Numbered from the stretch's first letter, positions 27,481 to 40,929 are shown. The stretch is DNA of 64,000 bases from Anthoceros angustus (GCA_010909165.1 MU008207.1:62001-126000); one strand, 5' to 3'. Notes: a model not told the origin generated them from the letters alone. Made by a program: numbers and translations.

Positions 27481-30400
27481 GAGGCACCAGAGGATGAGTC
27501 CTCCCCATCCGCACCAAGCACCTACTAACCTTGTCCCCATTTCTTGCACATGGTGATGCCAAATTGTTTGATGCTCCTTCTCTTCCAAATGTCCGACTTC
27601 CACACGGCCGCCCATGCGATCAAGTATATACTGCAGCTTGTGGTGGGATGGCGTGCACCGCCCACCTCTCCTCCTCACATGCCGCAGCCAGCCTCCCACG
27701 GCATGTCCGGGCGGTGGAGGAGGGTTGCACGCCTCCTCCGACCTCACCCGATCCTAATATGTGGAGTGAGTTGTTTCTGTGTCTTATGACCAAGAAGCCA
27801 ATGCATCCTCCGTCAGACGAGGAGCTTGATGTCAAAGATGCGGAGGACTACAACGACCTCATCTCGCCACATAGAGAACTACCCTTGGACTTTGAAGTTC
27901 TTTTCGAATGAGGGAACGTGGTCGAAGGTATTTGACCGACTCGACTTCATATCGCGAGAGTGCCTTCCGTGGAAGCACTATTTCATTCATTCTCATTTTG
28001 ATGGGTGGCCATTGGGTCCTAACGATCACTGGGAGGCCTCGCGGTCCAAGCACCCGGAGTCACTGGAGGACTTCAAGCTGTGGATGGCCAAGTTTCACTA
28101 CGACGGCTTGACTCACAAGCTGCACGGCTGGCCTCGACGGTATCGCTCCCTCCTGGATTTCATCTCAACGTCTTCCACGAATTGGACTCACGCCAACCAT
28201 GTCTTGTAGGAGGAGATGAACGACCTCTACATCATCGAGGACAGTGACCATGGGGGTTAGGACTGCTGGTCATGTGCTTTAGGCACCGTGGAGCAGGGGT
28301 TTTGATTTAGGAGGCCTTCACGATTTACATTTGTAGGTTTCTTCAGATCCCGCTTCCCACAGTGGTGACTTGACCAAATTTTGACGCTTCCCTCCTTGGA
28401 TATTCCCACCACTGGGCCAGATATCTGTGCCCCCTTTTTTCAACTTGGCCATCGGTTCATGCTTGCCGCCACATAGAGAACTACCCTTGGACTTTGAAGT
28501 TCTTTTATTTGAGGGCGTGGTCGAAGGTATTTTGGACACGGACTTCATCTGCGAGTGCCTTCCAGGTGGGCGCACTATTTCATTCATTCTCATTTTGATG
28601 GGTGGCCATTGGGTCCTAACGATCCTGGAGGCCTCGCGGTCCAAGCACCCGAGTCACGGAGGACTTCAAGGTGGATGGCCAAGTTTCACTCGGCTTGACT
28701 CACAAGTCGCACGGCCGGCCTCGGTCGCTCCCTCCTGGATTTCATCTCAACGTCTTCCACGAATTGGACTCACGCCATGTCTTGTAGGAGGAGATGAGCG
28801 ACCTCTACATCATCGAGGACGGTGACCATGGGGGTTAGGGCGCTGGTCATGTGCTTTAGGCACCGTGGAGGCGAGGGGTTTTGATTTAGGAGGCCTTCAC
28901 GATTTACATTTGTAGGTTTCTTGATCCCGCTTCCCAGTGGTGACTTGACCAAATTTTGGCGCTTCCCTCCTTGGATATTCCTGCTTTGGGCGGATATGCC
29001 CCTTTTTTCAACTTGGCCATCGGTTCATGCTTGCGCATCGTGTTCCACGTGCCTAAATTGATGGACCGCTTTCCATTTTCCCTTGGCCTTCTCGGCCCTA
29101 CCCCGGCTTTTGCCCCGGCTTTCCATGTCGTCACACTAGCTTATTAAGTGAGAACCCATACAGCCGGGCTTCTTTCATTGTCTTTTGGCATCGCGGACCT
29201 CGCTCTTGAAAGGTTTGTTGATTTCATAGTTGCCGCAACCACTTCAAAGGGAATGCGGTTCCTAAGGTGCCCACACGCTGCCTCCACAATTTCCCTCCGC
29301 CATTCACGGAGGTCGTGATGATCTTGCGAGGAATGTCTGCGCCCATGCGAATCTTATTGCGGCATCTTTGTGGTGGGATGGCGCCTCTCCTCCTCACATG
29401 CCGCAGCCCGCACCTCCGGCCCACGGCATGTCAGGCGGCGGTGGAGGAGGTTGCTCTCCTCCGACCTCACCCGATCCTAATATGTGGAGTGAGTTGTTTC
29501 TGGTCTTATGACCGAAGCCAATGCATCCTCCGTCGTGCGAGGAGCTTGATGTCTTTGTTGCGGCATGCGGAGGACCTAGCGACCTCATCGCCACATAGAG
29601 AACTACCCTTGGACTTTGAAGTTCTTTTCGAATGAGGGAACGTGGTCGAAGGTATTTCTGGACTGGACTTCATCTGCGAGTGCCTTCCGGTGGGCGCACT
29701 ATTTCATTCATTCTCATTTTGATGGGTGGCCATTGGGTCCTAACGATCCTGGAGGCCTCATGGTCCAAGCACCCGAGTCAGGAGGACTTCAAGTGGATGG
29801 CCAAGTTTCACTCGACGGCTTGACTCACAAGTCGCACGGCCGGCCTCGACGTATCGCTCCCTCACAGGATTTCATCTCAACGTCTTCCACGAATTGGACT
29901 CACGCCAACCATGTCTTGTGGGAGGAGATGAGCGACCTCTACATCATCGAGGACGGTGACCATGGGGGTTAGGGCTGCTGGTCATGTGCTTTAGGCACCG
30001 TGGAGCGGGGTTTTGATTTAGGAGGCCTTCACGATTTACATTTGTAGGTTTCTTGATCCCGCTTCCCAGTGGTGACTTGACCAAATTTTGGCGCTTCCCT
30101 CCTTGGATATTCCCTCGGCCGGATATCGTGCCCCTTTTTTCAACTTGGCCATCGGTTCATGCTTGCTTGGCGCATCGTGTTCCACGTGCCTAAATTGATG
30201 GACCGCTTTCCATTTTCCCTTGGCCTTCTACCCCGGCTTTTGCCCCGGCTTTCCATGTCGTCACTAGCTTATTAAGTGAGAACCCATACAGTGGGCTTCT
30301 TTCATTGTCTTTTGGCATCGCGGACCTCGCTCTTGAAAGGTTTGTTGATTTCATAGTTGCTGCAACCACTTCAAAGGGAATGCGGTTCCACACGAAGGTG

Positions 30401-33048
30401 CTTCCGACACGCGTCTCCACAATTTCCCTCCATTCACGGGAGGTCAGGACAGATCTTGCAGGGAATGTCTGTGCCCATGCCTTCATGCCGGCCCGCGGTA
30501 GAGACCGAGTGCACCATGAACGACGCTATCCCTGGAGCCCCTCTGTTGTGAGGCCATGCGGTGGTCCCTCCGGCCAATAGGTTCATTTCATACCAGCGGG
30601 GATGCCCTCACTCCCTCGCCTTTCCTATCCATGTCTACCTGTCTACCCGCTTGCGGTACCACGGCCGGCCCGTCGGCAGGTGGGCGGGGCGCAGGCGGCG
30701 AGCGGCGTGGCCCGGTTTACCGTGGAAACGCGGGCGGGCGGCGGCGGCGGCGAGGCGGCAGGCGGGGCTGCGGTCGAGGCGGGCGGGCGGGCGGGCTGCG
30801 AGCTGCGGTCGGGCGGTCCGCAGGCGGGCGAGGCGGCAGCGCATCGGCGGCGGCGGGCGGGGCGTGGTGGCGCGGCGGCGCCAGGCGGGCAGCACGGCGG
30901 CGGCCTCGGGCGCCCGGCGGGCGGGCGGCAGGCAGGCGGGCGGTGGCGGGCAGGCGGCGGCGGCCGCGGGCGGCGGCGGGCAGGCGAGGCGGCGGGCGGG
31001 CGGGCGGGGCGAGGCACCAGGCGCAGTATGAGTCCTCCCCATCCCTACACCAAGCACCTACTAACCTTGTCCCCATTTCTTGCACATGGTGATGCCAAAT
31101 TGTTTGATGCTCCTTCTCTTCCAAATGTCGACTTCCACACGGTACTGCTTGCCCATGCGAGTCTTGTGCGGACCTCTGCTTGTGGTGGGATGGCGGGCCC
31201 ACCTCTCCTCCTCACATGCCGCAGCCCTGACCTCGGCCACGGCATGTCAGGCGGCGGTGGAGGAGGTTTGCTCCTCCGACCTCACCCGATCCTAATATGT
31301 GGAGTGAGTTGTTTCTGGTCTTATGACCGAAGAAGCCAATGCATCCTACGTAAATACGAGGAGCTTGATGTCTTTATTGCGACAGGAGGACCTAGCGACC
31401 TCATACATACATAGAGAACTACCCTTGGACTTTGAAGTTCTTTTCGGTGAGGGCGTGGTCGAAGGTATTTTGGACTGGACTTCATCTTGCGAGTGCCTTC
31501 CATTTGGAGCGCACTATTTCATTCATTCTCATTTTGATGGGTGGCCATTGGGTCCTAACGATCCTTTGGGAGGCCTCGCGGTCCAAGCACCGAGTCAGGA
31601 GGACTTCAAGTGGATGGCCAAGTTTCACTCGGCTTGACTCACAGGCAGCCTCGGTGTCGCTCCCTCCTGGATTTCATCTCAACGTCTTCCAGATTGGACT
31701 CACGCCAACCATGTCTTGTGGGAGGAGATGAGCGACCTCTACATCATCGAGGACGGTGACCATGGGGGTTAGGGCTGCTGGTCATGTGCTTTAGGCACCG
31801 TGGAGCGGGGTTTTGATTTAGGAGGCCTTCACGATTTACATTTGTAGGTTTCTTGATCCCGCTTCCCACAGTGGTGACTTGACCAAATTTTGACGCTTCC
31901 TCCTTGGATATTCCCACCACCGGGCCGATATCCGTGCCCCTTTTTTCAACTTGGCCATCGGTTCATGCTTGCCGCCACATAGAGAACTACCCTTGGACTT
32001 TGAAGTTCTTTTATTTGAGGGCGTGGTCGAAGGTATTTTGGACACGGACTTCATCTGCGAGTGCCTTCCAGGTGGGCGCACTATTTCATTCATTCTCATT
32101 TTGATGGGTGGCCATTGGGTCCTAACGATCCTGGAGGCCTCGCGGTCCAAGCACCCGAGTCACGGAGGACTTCAAGGTGGATGGCCAAGTTTCACTCGGC
32201 TTGACTCACAAGTCGCACGGCCGGCCTCGGTCGCTCCCTCCTGGATTTCATCTCAACGTCTTCCACGAATTGGACTCACGCCATGTCTTGTAGGAGGAGA
32301 TGAGCGACCTCTACATCATCGAGGACGGTGACCATGGGGGTTAGGGCGCTGGTCATGTGCTTTAGGCACCGTGGAGGCGAGGGGTTTTGATTTAGGAGGC
32401 CTTCACGATTTACATTTGTAGGTTTCTTGATCCCGCTTCCCAGTGGTGACTTGACCAAATTTTGGCGCTTCCCTCCTTGGATATTCCTGCTTTGGGCGGA
32501 TATGCCCCTTTTTCAACTTGGCCATCGGTTCATGCTTGCGCATCGTGTTCCACGTGCCTAAATTGATGGACCGCTTTCCATTTTCCCTTGGCCTTCTCAC
32601 CTACCCCGGCTTTTGCCCCAGCTTTCCATGTGCGTCACACTAGCTTATTAAGTGAGAACCCATACAGGCTGGGCTTCTTTCATTGTCTTTTGGCATCGCG
32701 GACCTCGCTCTTGAAAGGTTTGTTGATTTCATAGTTGCCGCAACCACTTCAAAGGGAATGCGGTTCCTAAGGTGCCCACACGCTGCCTCCACAATTTCCC
32801 TCCGCCATTCACGGAGGTCGTGATGATCTTGCGAGGAATGTCTGTGCCCATGCCTTCATGCCGGCCCGCGGTAGAGACCGAGTGCACCATGAACGACGCT
32901 ATCCCTGGAGCCCCTCTGTTGTGAGGCCATGCGGTGGCCCCTCCGGCCAATAGGTTCATTTCATACCAGCGGGGATGCCCTCACTCCCTCGCCTTTCCTA
33001 TCCATGTCTACCTGTCTACCCGCTTGCAGTACACAGCCAGCTCCCCGT
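27481..33048 (+). repeat. Complex tandem array with ~5 copies of an orphan coding-like block and two GC-rich tracts
   Basis: Block catagagaactacccttggactttgaag...gaccatgggggttag recurs near 27870, 28470, 29593, 31410 and 31978. Confidence 0.85.
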
Positions 33049-33399
33049 CGTTGCCAACAGTGCCTCCCGCGATGCACCTCAGATGACAAGTGTTCTGAAG
33101 AGGTTAAGGGCTCTCCATGTCCACAGTGCAGGTCTTCATTCCACTCCCACACCATCTGCTGCAGTGGGATCCCCCGTCGCCTGCAATACAAGCACACGGC
33201 TGTCACCGCTCGATGCAGGCGATACATGTCCGGGAGGTAATTTGTACATTGCAAGCCTGCCTCGTACGCCATGTCCCTCGCCACTTGCATGTCCTGCACA
33301 CAACCTTTGTCGTCAACAGCAACTGTTGGTGCTCACATTCACGACGGTCTTGGCCTGACGTTCACTTACCCACATCGGATGCAATTGGAGGCGGTGCCA

Positions 33400-35060
33400 C
33401 CTCGGTGCAACGTTGCAGGCGTCGTGGTCGGGGACATAGTAGTCGTTGTCGTCCTCCTCGTCTACCCCATAAGCGGGCGGCCCTACCGAGCCGGCCGCTC
33501 CTCCTCACGGAGGCCTCATGCGAGGCGTGGCTGCTATGTCATCGTCCCCGACCTCATTTTCCTCACCATGCAAGTTCCACACCCGAGCGAAAGTCGACAG
33601 CTCTGTCCTCATGGTGGGCATGAATCTTGCGTGCAAGGAATGTATGCCAAGGGTTCGTGGTATACCAAGGCAAGAGCGGGAGGCGGCGGACGAAGAATGG
33701 CGGAAGGGGCGGAGACATCGATCTGACCAAACGGCGGGTGCATAGAACGGTGGTGGCCTTGGCGCAGCCACCGATGTTGTTGGCGATTGGTGTGGAGGTG
33801 ATTATGCGTGCGATGGACACCTCCGATTTAGTCGCGGGTGTAGGGTGTGCGGAACCGCGGTGGATGTGGTTTCTTGCCGCAAGTGTGAAGGATGGAGAGG
33901 GAAGGAGCGGCGTCACGAGTGCGCGTGCTCGAGCGTGGCACCGGGCGTGGGCAATCGCTTTTCCGCATATTCGCACATCCTTGGAATGGAGGCGGAGGAG
34001 TTTGCCTCATGAGTGGCTAGTGGAAGCGAGGAGGTGGTGCGGAAGGTCAAGGAGGACTTACAGTGCAGCTTAACGATCACAACACACGGTAGCCGAGAAA
34101 GGGACGGTTGTGTCCGGTAGCCAGTGCCGTCCAGGGAGGTGAAGCTCGGTGGGACAAAGGGCAAGGAATCGGGTGAGCTGGCCGAGGATGGCCGTTGTGG
34201 AGCGGAGGAGGCGGTGCCAGTGATTGTCCAGAAAGTGCAACGCTTGGAGGAAGTGCCACCTCCGGTGCAACGCGTTGCGGCACGTGTCCGGGGACATAGT
34301 AGTCGTTGTCGTCCTCCTCGTCTACCCCATAAGGGCCCTACCAGCCAGCCAGCCGCCTCCTCCTCTGGAAGGCCTCCGCGGACGTGGCTGCTATCGCCCC
34401 GACCTCATTTTCCTCACCATGCAAGTTCCACATTTAACGAAAGTCGGCAGCCCGTCCTCATGGTGGGCATGAATCTTGCGTGCAAGGAATGTATGTGCCA
34501 AGGGTTCGTGGTATACCAAGGGCAAGAGCGGGAGGCGGCGGACGAAGAATGGCGGAAGGCGGAGACATCGATCTGACCGACGGCGGGTGCATAGAACGGT
34601 GGTGGCCACGCACGCCACCCCGGCGTTGTTCGTGGAGGTGATTATGCGTGGACACCTCCCGCCAGACACGGGGTGTAGGTAACTGTGGATGACGAACACT
34701 GCCGCAAGTGTGAAGGATGGAGAGGGAAGGAGCCACGATGTGGTGCGCGTGCTCTGGCCGATGGCACGGACACAGGCAATCGCTTTTCCGTAGCCTACAT
34801 CCTTGGAATGGAGGCGGAGGAGTTTGCCTCGCAGTGGCTAGTGGAAACGCCGAGGAGGTGGTGAAGGTCAAGGAGGACTTGTGCAGCTTAACGATCACAA
34901 CACACGGTAGCCGAGAAAGGGACGGTTGTCGCCCAGCCGCTGCGTCGGCACGAGGAGGTGAAGCTCCGGTGGGACAAAGGGCAAGGAATCAAGTGATGAG
35001 CCGCCCAAGCGGGGATGGCCGTTGTGGAACGGAGGACGGTGCCTGCCAGTGTCCGAGAAA
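33400..35060 (+). repeat. ~0.86-kb imperfect tandem duplication
   Basis: gggacatagtagtcgttgtcgtcctcctcgtctaccccataag at 33431 and 34291, with colinear downstream sequence. Confidence 0.85.
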
Positions 35061-35543
35061 CACGCGAGGAAGGGGTCTAGCAGGACCATTTTGTTTCTTG
35101 TTATTTTTGCTTACTATCGATCGATTATGAGCTTGCCATGGTGTGCATTAGTGGCAATGGTAATATCTGGCGGTGGCAGCGCGGCCATTGTGTGGACGAG
35201 GCAGGTGACCGGTCGGCGTCATTATATGCAATTGGTAGGAAACCCCCAGAAAATGATTCTGAATAGTGATGTGTTTTAGGCGGTCCAGTATACGCTCCAC
35301 TACAAGTGTCATGTGAAGAGGAAAGGGGTTGGCGGTTAAGGACACGAACACAAGGAAGGCCAAAAGGGTTGACAAATCGCTAGTGGACATAAATGTCATG
35401 GTTGCCATGCGGGTTAGGCTGTCGAACTGGGGTGGATGACAATTCGAGTTCATGACAGGCAGAGTGGCAGGCACGCGGCACGAGAACTGCAGCTGCCAAT
35501 TGCAGTCTTGGCATGCAGAGAAAATTCGCGATCCCGTCAATGG

Positions 35544-36212
35544 GGCGGTGTCGCGCCACGGCCGCATAGCGGACATGGCAGCATGCCATCCTATCAAAAT
35601 CCACAAAACAAAAAGTCTTTCAACTACTTGCTATCAACTCGTAACCTTGGGCCACATGCGTCATCACCTCCGTCTCACTGCGTTTACAAATGGCAAAATT
35701 TATCGCTTGGGATGGTTGTCCTCTGCACACACCACATGAAGCATCACAAGGTGCTCAAAAGTGCTTGGGATCCGTCTGGCGTTTCTATTGAATCGACATC
35801 AACAATCCGCCTCAATGACGGATTGCCGGACTTTGTAGCCTACACCGCCGATCTTAATTATCGCCCGAATTCAAGCGTGATCACACCCGCACATGTCGGA
35901 GATCTTCGCCGAGCCTTAATTGCGCTTGGCCGTATTGCGCTTGTATGGTCCACATAACCACGACACCATCCTATTTCCATACCCATGCCACTCATCATGC
36001 CACCACACACATAGCACACACACCATCACACTCAGTTCTTATCTACCTCTTTCTGCTGCGTGCCATGGCGGTGTCGCGCCACGGCCGCGCATAGCGGACA
36101 TGGCGCATGCCATCTATCAAAATCCACAAAACAAAAGTCTTTCAACTACTTGCTATCAACTCGTAACCTTGGGCGTCATCACCACCTCCGTCTCACTGCG
36201 TTTACAAATGGC
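35544..36212 (-). repeat. 3' repeat block (B1-A2-B2 in element orientation)
   Basis: X-Y-X' on plus. X starts ggcggtgtcgcgccacggcc and ends tttacaaatggc. Confidence 0.85.
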
Positions 36213-37964
36213 CCCCAAAGTTGGGCTTTCGTATGGCGGCGTCATGTTGTAAAGCACCACTTTGGCACTCTCAAATGCCGTAGAATCGTCGGTAAAACCT
36301 TGAACATGCCATCCCTTAGTTGTGGTTCCGGCGGTTTATCGTGATCCATTCTCCACATGGCTAATACGCGACCACCGTCGCTCTTCCGGATCGAAATACT
36401 CATCAACTTGTGCTTTGCCCAACCGTGCCGTTCTTTCGCTCGATGCGCGCCATGAGTTCTTCTTCTTCATCGCTATCTAGTTCGGTCTTCACCCTAGGCG
36501 GTTGCCACCCATTCAAACCATTTACATAATCTTTTTCGATACATGCCTCGGATAATCACCCACATTGTCGTTCGAAGATACCAAGATTCGGTGGCTTCAT
36601 CCCATTCCAACACTCCGTGCGTAAGCAAACACCACAGAAAGCTCGTGGGTACCCAGGTGGCGAAGCGTCACCTTTTCTCGTGCAAGTGACTTAGCCAAAC
36701 TTTCGGACTTCGTGGGTCGGTGGTTTTCCTTGTGCAGTACATTAAGAACCCTTGGTGGGCGGTGATCAAACACGATGCATGAGCGGTGATGTTCCGATTT
36801 TGAAAGGCCCTTCACGATGGCGGTCCACACGAGCTTTGCTGTTCATGCCCCTTCACCGACTCAAAAGATCTCTATGATCATAAGGAAAACTCTCTATGTT
36901 GCAGCCCTCATGGTGTGATTCCATATACAAAAATGCTTGCAACTCGAAATGTCTCGGGTCGTTCGGGTTTACCGGTGATACTTCCTTACCAACGGTGTTT
37001 TCCACTTGTCTTCCCATGGCTGTCACGGAAATTGTGGAACACTTGTGCTCATTCTCCGGAAGCATGATTTGCAAGTGTGGTGCCTTCCATATCCATGTCA
37101 ACCACCGTGTTGTCCCCTAGCAGAACCCTCTTTGATGCTCTCGAATTTGGAAAGCGGGTGTTGTTAGTGTTGGTCAAACAACCATATGGTAGTTGATTCT
37201 GAAGACTACTTATGTTTGCAAGCGGCCTTGCAAAGCGAGTGTCTTGCTTGTTAGTCAACACAAGGTGGCACGATTACAGCGAATGTCACTTGGTCTTACA
37301 TGGATCGTCACCGCCTTCTCACTTTTGTCACTTGCCGTCTACATAACAAACATACCATGCACCTCTCGCCGTGCTCACATCCGGATACTTGATGCCATGA
37401 CCACCTTCGCGCTTGTTCTTCACCCCAATTCTTCCGTGATCACCGCCTTCTCACTTTTGTCACTTGAGCTGCCTCTTATCCCTATCTCAAACTACCGCCT
37501 TTATTAACAACTCGATTACGCTCGATCGTGTGCTTGCTACGATGTTCCATCGTCGCCGCCTTTCCTTCACCGCAACAACTCGTTGTTGATGTCGGATCGA
37601 GCCGCCTTCCTTGCTTCGCACCCACAGCGGTCACGCACAATTAGCTTTCTCTCCACATGCCTTGTGACGACCCCCGTTCACCTTTTCTACACTTCTGCGG
37701 ATCGATGCACTCACACTGTATTTCTCCGGCAAAATTGTCGGGCCTTCTCCAATGGATCGCTGAATCCTCCAGTCTATTGTAGAATCCTCCTTCGTGCCCA
37801 ATCCTCCGTCCACACCTTTACTTCCTTGCGCTCGCCAACCCAGACGTCTCACACAACCCGCATATCGATAAGGCAAGTAACGGGTTTTATAGACCTTCCC
37901 TTTAGTGACTCTCTTCCCGCGCCCACACCGTGAGTCGCGTTTACAGCCCCCAGCTTCTTTCCGC

Positions 37965-38110
37965 CCTAACTTTTTCGTGCATTTGTGACAAAACCATTCT
38001 CCTTAGGGATCGCTTTCAGCGGTCGAAGACAAAAGACATGATGTCCTTGGTTGCCTTTGGTCACACAACCCGCATCGATTACGGGTCGATGATTTGACCA
38101 CGATGTTTGC
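37965..38110 (-). pseudogene. PHD finger at the integrase C-terminus (frameshifted)
   Basis: LCD..GNQGHHVFCLRP-LKAIPKE.WFCHKC across a 1-nt shift. Confidence 0.8.
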
Positions 38111-38199
38111 GGCGGATCAACGGTGGCTTCCATGCTTGTGGTTGTATGCGTATCAAGATTCGGCAAGTGGCAGGGCGGATGTCGCATGTGCTCCTTGCA

Positions 38200-39250
38200 T
38201 CGGCGCCCATCTTGCCCTTCAACTCGATGACCCTTGCTCACCAGCGTTCACCACTCTCAAAATCAACCGTCCGTGTTTACGTCCAAAGTGCGGAAGGGCG
38301 ATGTTGAAGATACGAAATCACCCGAACTTTCGGCCTTTGGCTTCCATGATCCTCCTCGTGTGAATGCATACCTCAATTGATCTCGTCATGCGATGGCGGA
38401 TTGTCCATCGCCATGGGTATCACTCGTTGTAACAACTTGGCCCGGTTTCGTAACTCGAGCAACACTCATCCACATCTTGTGTCGATCCGGTTTGGAATAT
38501 GTATGCGCCACTATGTTGGGCAACCGGCATTCTGCCAAACATGATATGTAAGGTGAAGTTGCCCGGGGCTGCACATGCGATCAGCGGCGGGGCAGCGTGG
38601 TAGCAACTCATCCCAACAATTGGGCTCGATCTCGTGCGGCTTGCAGTGAATCCTTGAAAGTTTGCACCGGCCTTTACGCTAAACCATACGCACGAGGATG
38701 ATCCGTGGCGTGCGTCGTGATCTATCAAACTCCGATCCAACAACGCTTGGAACTCTCCTCGAATTCGTTTCCTTGATCATCGGCACCTGCGCACGACTTC
38801 CATATCCGCTCAAAACGCCGTAAGAAAGCTCGTGCGTGAATTGGGAAGTTCGATGGAAGGAATGCCAATTCCACCCACTTGGAGAAGTGTTCTATCATGA
38901 GCATACAATGCTTGTTGCCTTGCTTGGTCAATGGTAGCTCGGCATGAGGTCAACGGACCATCGAAAGAACAGACCCGAATAGGCGTGAATGCAACACCAC
39001 ATCAGGCTGTTGAACCTTGCTTTGGCGCATCACAAGCACATCTCGACACCACTCGCTCGGCGTTACATTCCGGACCAAAAATAGGCACTCTTGACATGAT
39101 CGTCCTTTTACAAGTGCCCAAGTGTCTTGTGCACTTTACTCACTATCTGTTCCGTTCCTCTATGGGAGGGACCATTTTACACACTCCACGATCATCACTA
39201 ACAATTTGCCATCCCTCGGTATACCTCATGACCTTAGTCGACTTTTGAGC
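38200..39250 (-). pseudogene. DDE integrase (frameshifted)
   Basis: VHKTLGH, WSVDL, IEHFSKWVEL, DQGNEF, LLDRSLIDH, IMFGR, GDFVYL, in order. Confidence 0.85.
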
Positions 39251-39449
39251 AGTGCGGCATCTGAATCAACTACTTGTCCTTCCTTCAATAGTGAATAGCA
39301 TGCCCATATTTCCATATGTCTCGTCCTCCCTCATTGAGTTGTTTTCTTCCTTCGACTTGTGGCCATGAGAGCCATATACATGCTTGGCATGTATAGAGCA
39401 TGATCAAAATCTGCCGGCAGTCCATCTTTGTCATCAATCTTGGGTTCTG

Positions 39450-40700
39450 CTAAGTCCATCCGCATTGTGATGTACTTTTGCCCGCATGCTATGTGCATAT
39501 CATACTCGGCAGCGCCCACCTTGCGAGCTTGCCACTCAACTTCATGTTCGTCATTAACGATTACAGCGGCGGTGATCGATCACGAGTTGGAAGCTCTGCC
39601 GAACAAATAAATTAAATGTAGAAGCGCCCCACGCGCGACCAAACATTCACCCTCATACGACGAATAATTGGCTTCCACGGAATTGTTCGACCTACTCGCA
39701 TACGCAATCACTCTTTCTTTTCCTTCACATCCACTGTGCAAGTCTCGATTCGATTGCACTCGGTCGGTATCTGAGTGAACGGTTTTTCAAAATCAGGCCG
39801 TTTGAGCATGGGCCTTTCTGACAATTGATCCTTTAACTCCCAAGCATGTTCATGTTTGCTCCCCATTGCATGCCCCTTTTCATCAGATCATACAATACCT
39901 TGCAAGTGCTGCTCATGTTCCTGATGAATCGGCGATAATAGTTGACGAGTCCCAAGAATGCTCTCAACGCGGCTACGTCCCTTGGTCTTGGCATAAGATT
40001 GATAGCCTGCACCTTCGCCAGCTGCGGCAGCACGCCTCCTGGCACAATCTTGTGACCCAAATATTCTATCTCCTTGTAAGCAAACTTACACTTCTTTGGA
40101 TGTGCCTTGTTGAGGGCATCTCTGCGGAGCGTTTGAGGTGTTGAATGTGTTCCTCAGGGCTAAACACCAAAATGTCATCAATGTAACACCTCACGAATGG
40201 TAATCCTTGCAACTCCAAGTCGCCACCCTCGAAAGTAGATGGAAGCGTTTTCAGCCCAAAAGGCATCGTCCCATTCCCACAACCGTTTTGCCCCGAGCCG
40301 CTTTTACACTTGTCTTCTTCTTGATGACAATTTGATTGAATCGAGCGGAATCCAACGTCGTAAAATACTTGGCCGTAATCGCGTCAAAGATTTCATCTGG
40401 GGTAGGCATGGGATATCGCTCCATAGGCGTTACCTCATTCAGCGCCCGATAATCTCCACACATCCGCCTGTCCTTCCATTCGCCGTTTTTGTCTTTCTTT
40501 AGCGGAAGGACCGTGGCCGCAGCATACTGTGAACTTGATTTCCGAATTAATCCAGCTGCAGCAAGTTCCCTACACCGTTTATCCACAATGTCCCACTCTG
40601 CTGGGCTCAACTTGTCGTCTTCGGAAAACCGGCTCGTTGGTAGTAGTGATGATTTTGAACTTGATGCGCTCATAACGTCCAGCTCTTGCCGGTGAGCAGC
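39450..40700 (-). pseudogene. Ty3-type reverse transcriptase and RNase H (frameshifted)
   Basis: RRMCGDYRALN, YPMPTPDEIFD, MPFGLK, CYIDDILVFS, LRAFLGLVNYYRRFI, VIAYASRSNNSVEANYSSYEGE. Confidence 0.92.
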
Positions 40701-40929
40701 GAAGGTACCCGATTCTTCTCCGGCATCTCCGGATCCATTGATCCTCGCTATTCAAGTCCTCACATATTTGCCATACATGAGTTGAATGCCCACTCGTACT
40801 TTCCACTCGCGACGATACTTCTTCTGCACTATTTACCGCATTTGGGTACTTGTCCTGACGGAGTAAACTCTTCCCGTCACCCATCATCATACCGACCTTC
40901 CTCTATCGACTTGCATTCAATTGTGTGGC

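Noticed and set aside
26832-27747. Long Arg/Ala/Gly/Pro ORFs in all frames (also 30556-31414 and 45492-47165)
   Set aside because: These arise from stop-codon depletion in extremely GC-rich low-complexity DNA and show no domain signal.
35148-35606. VVERILDR suggesting a chromodomain
   Set aside because: The downstream YLVKW and TWE motifs are absent, and it lies outside the retroelement boundary.
37049-37261. VVDMDMEGTTLANHAS resembling a SET-domain NHS motif
   Set aside because: No other SET motifs are present and it is likely an off-frame reading.
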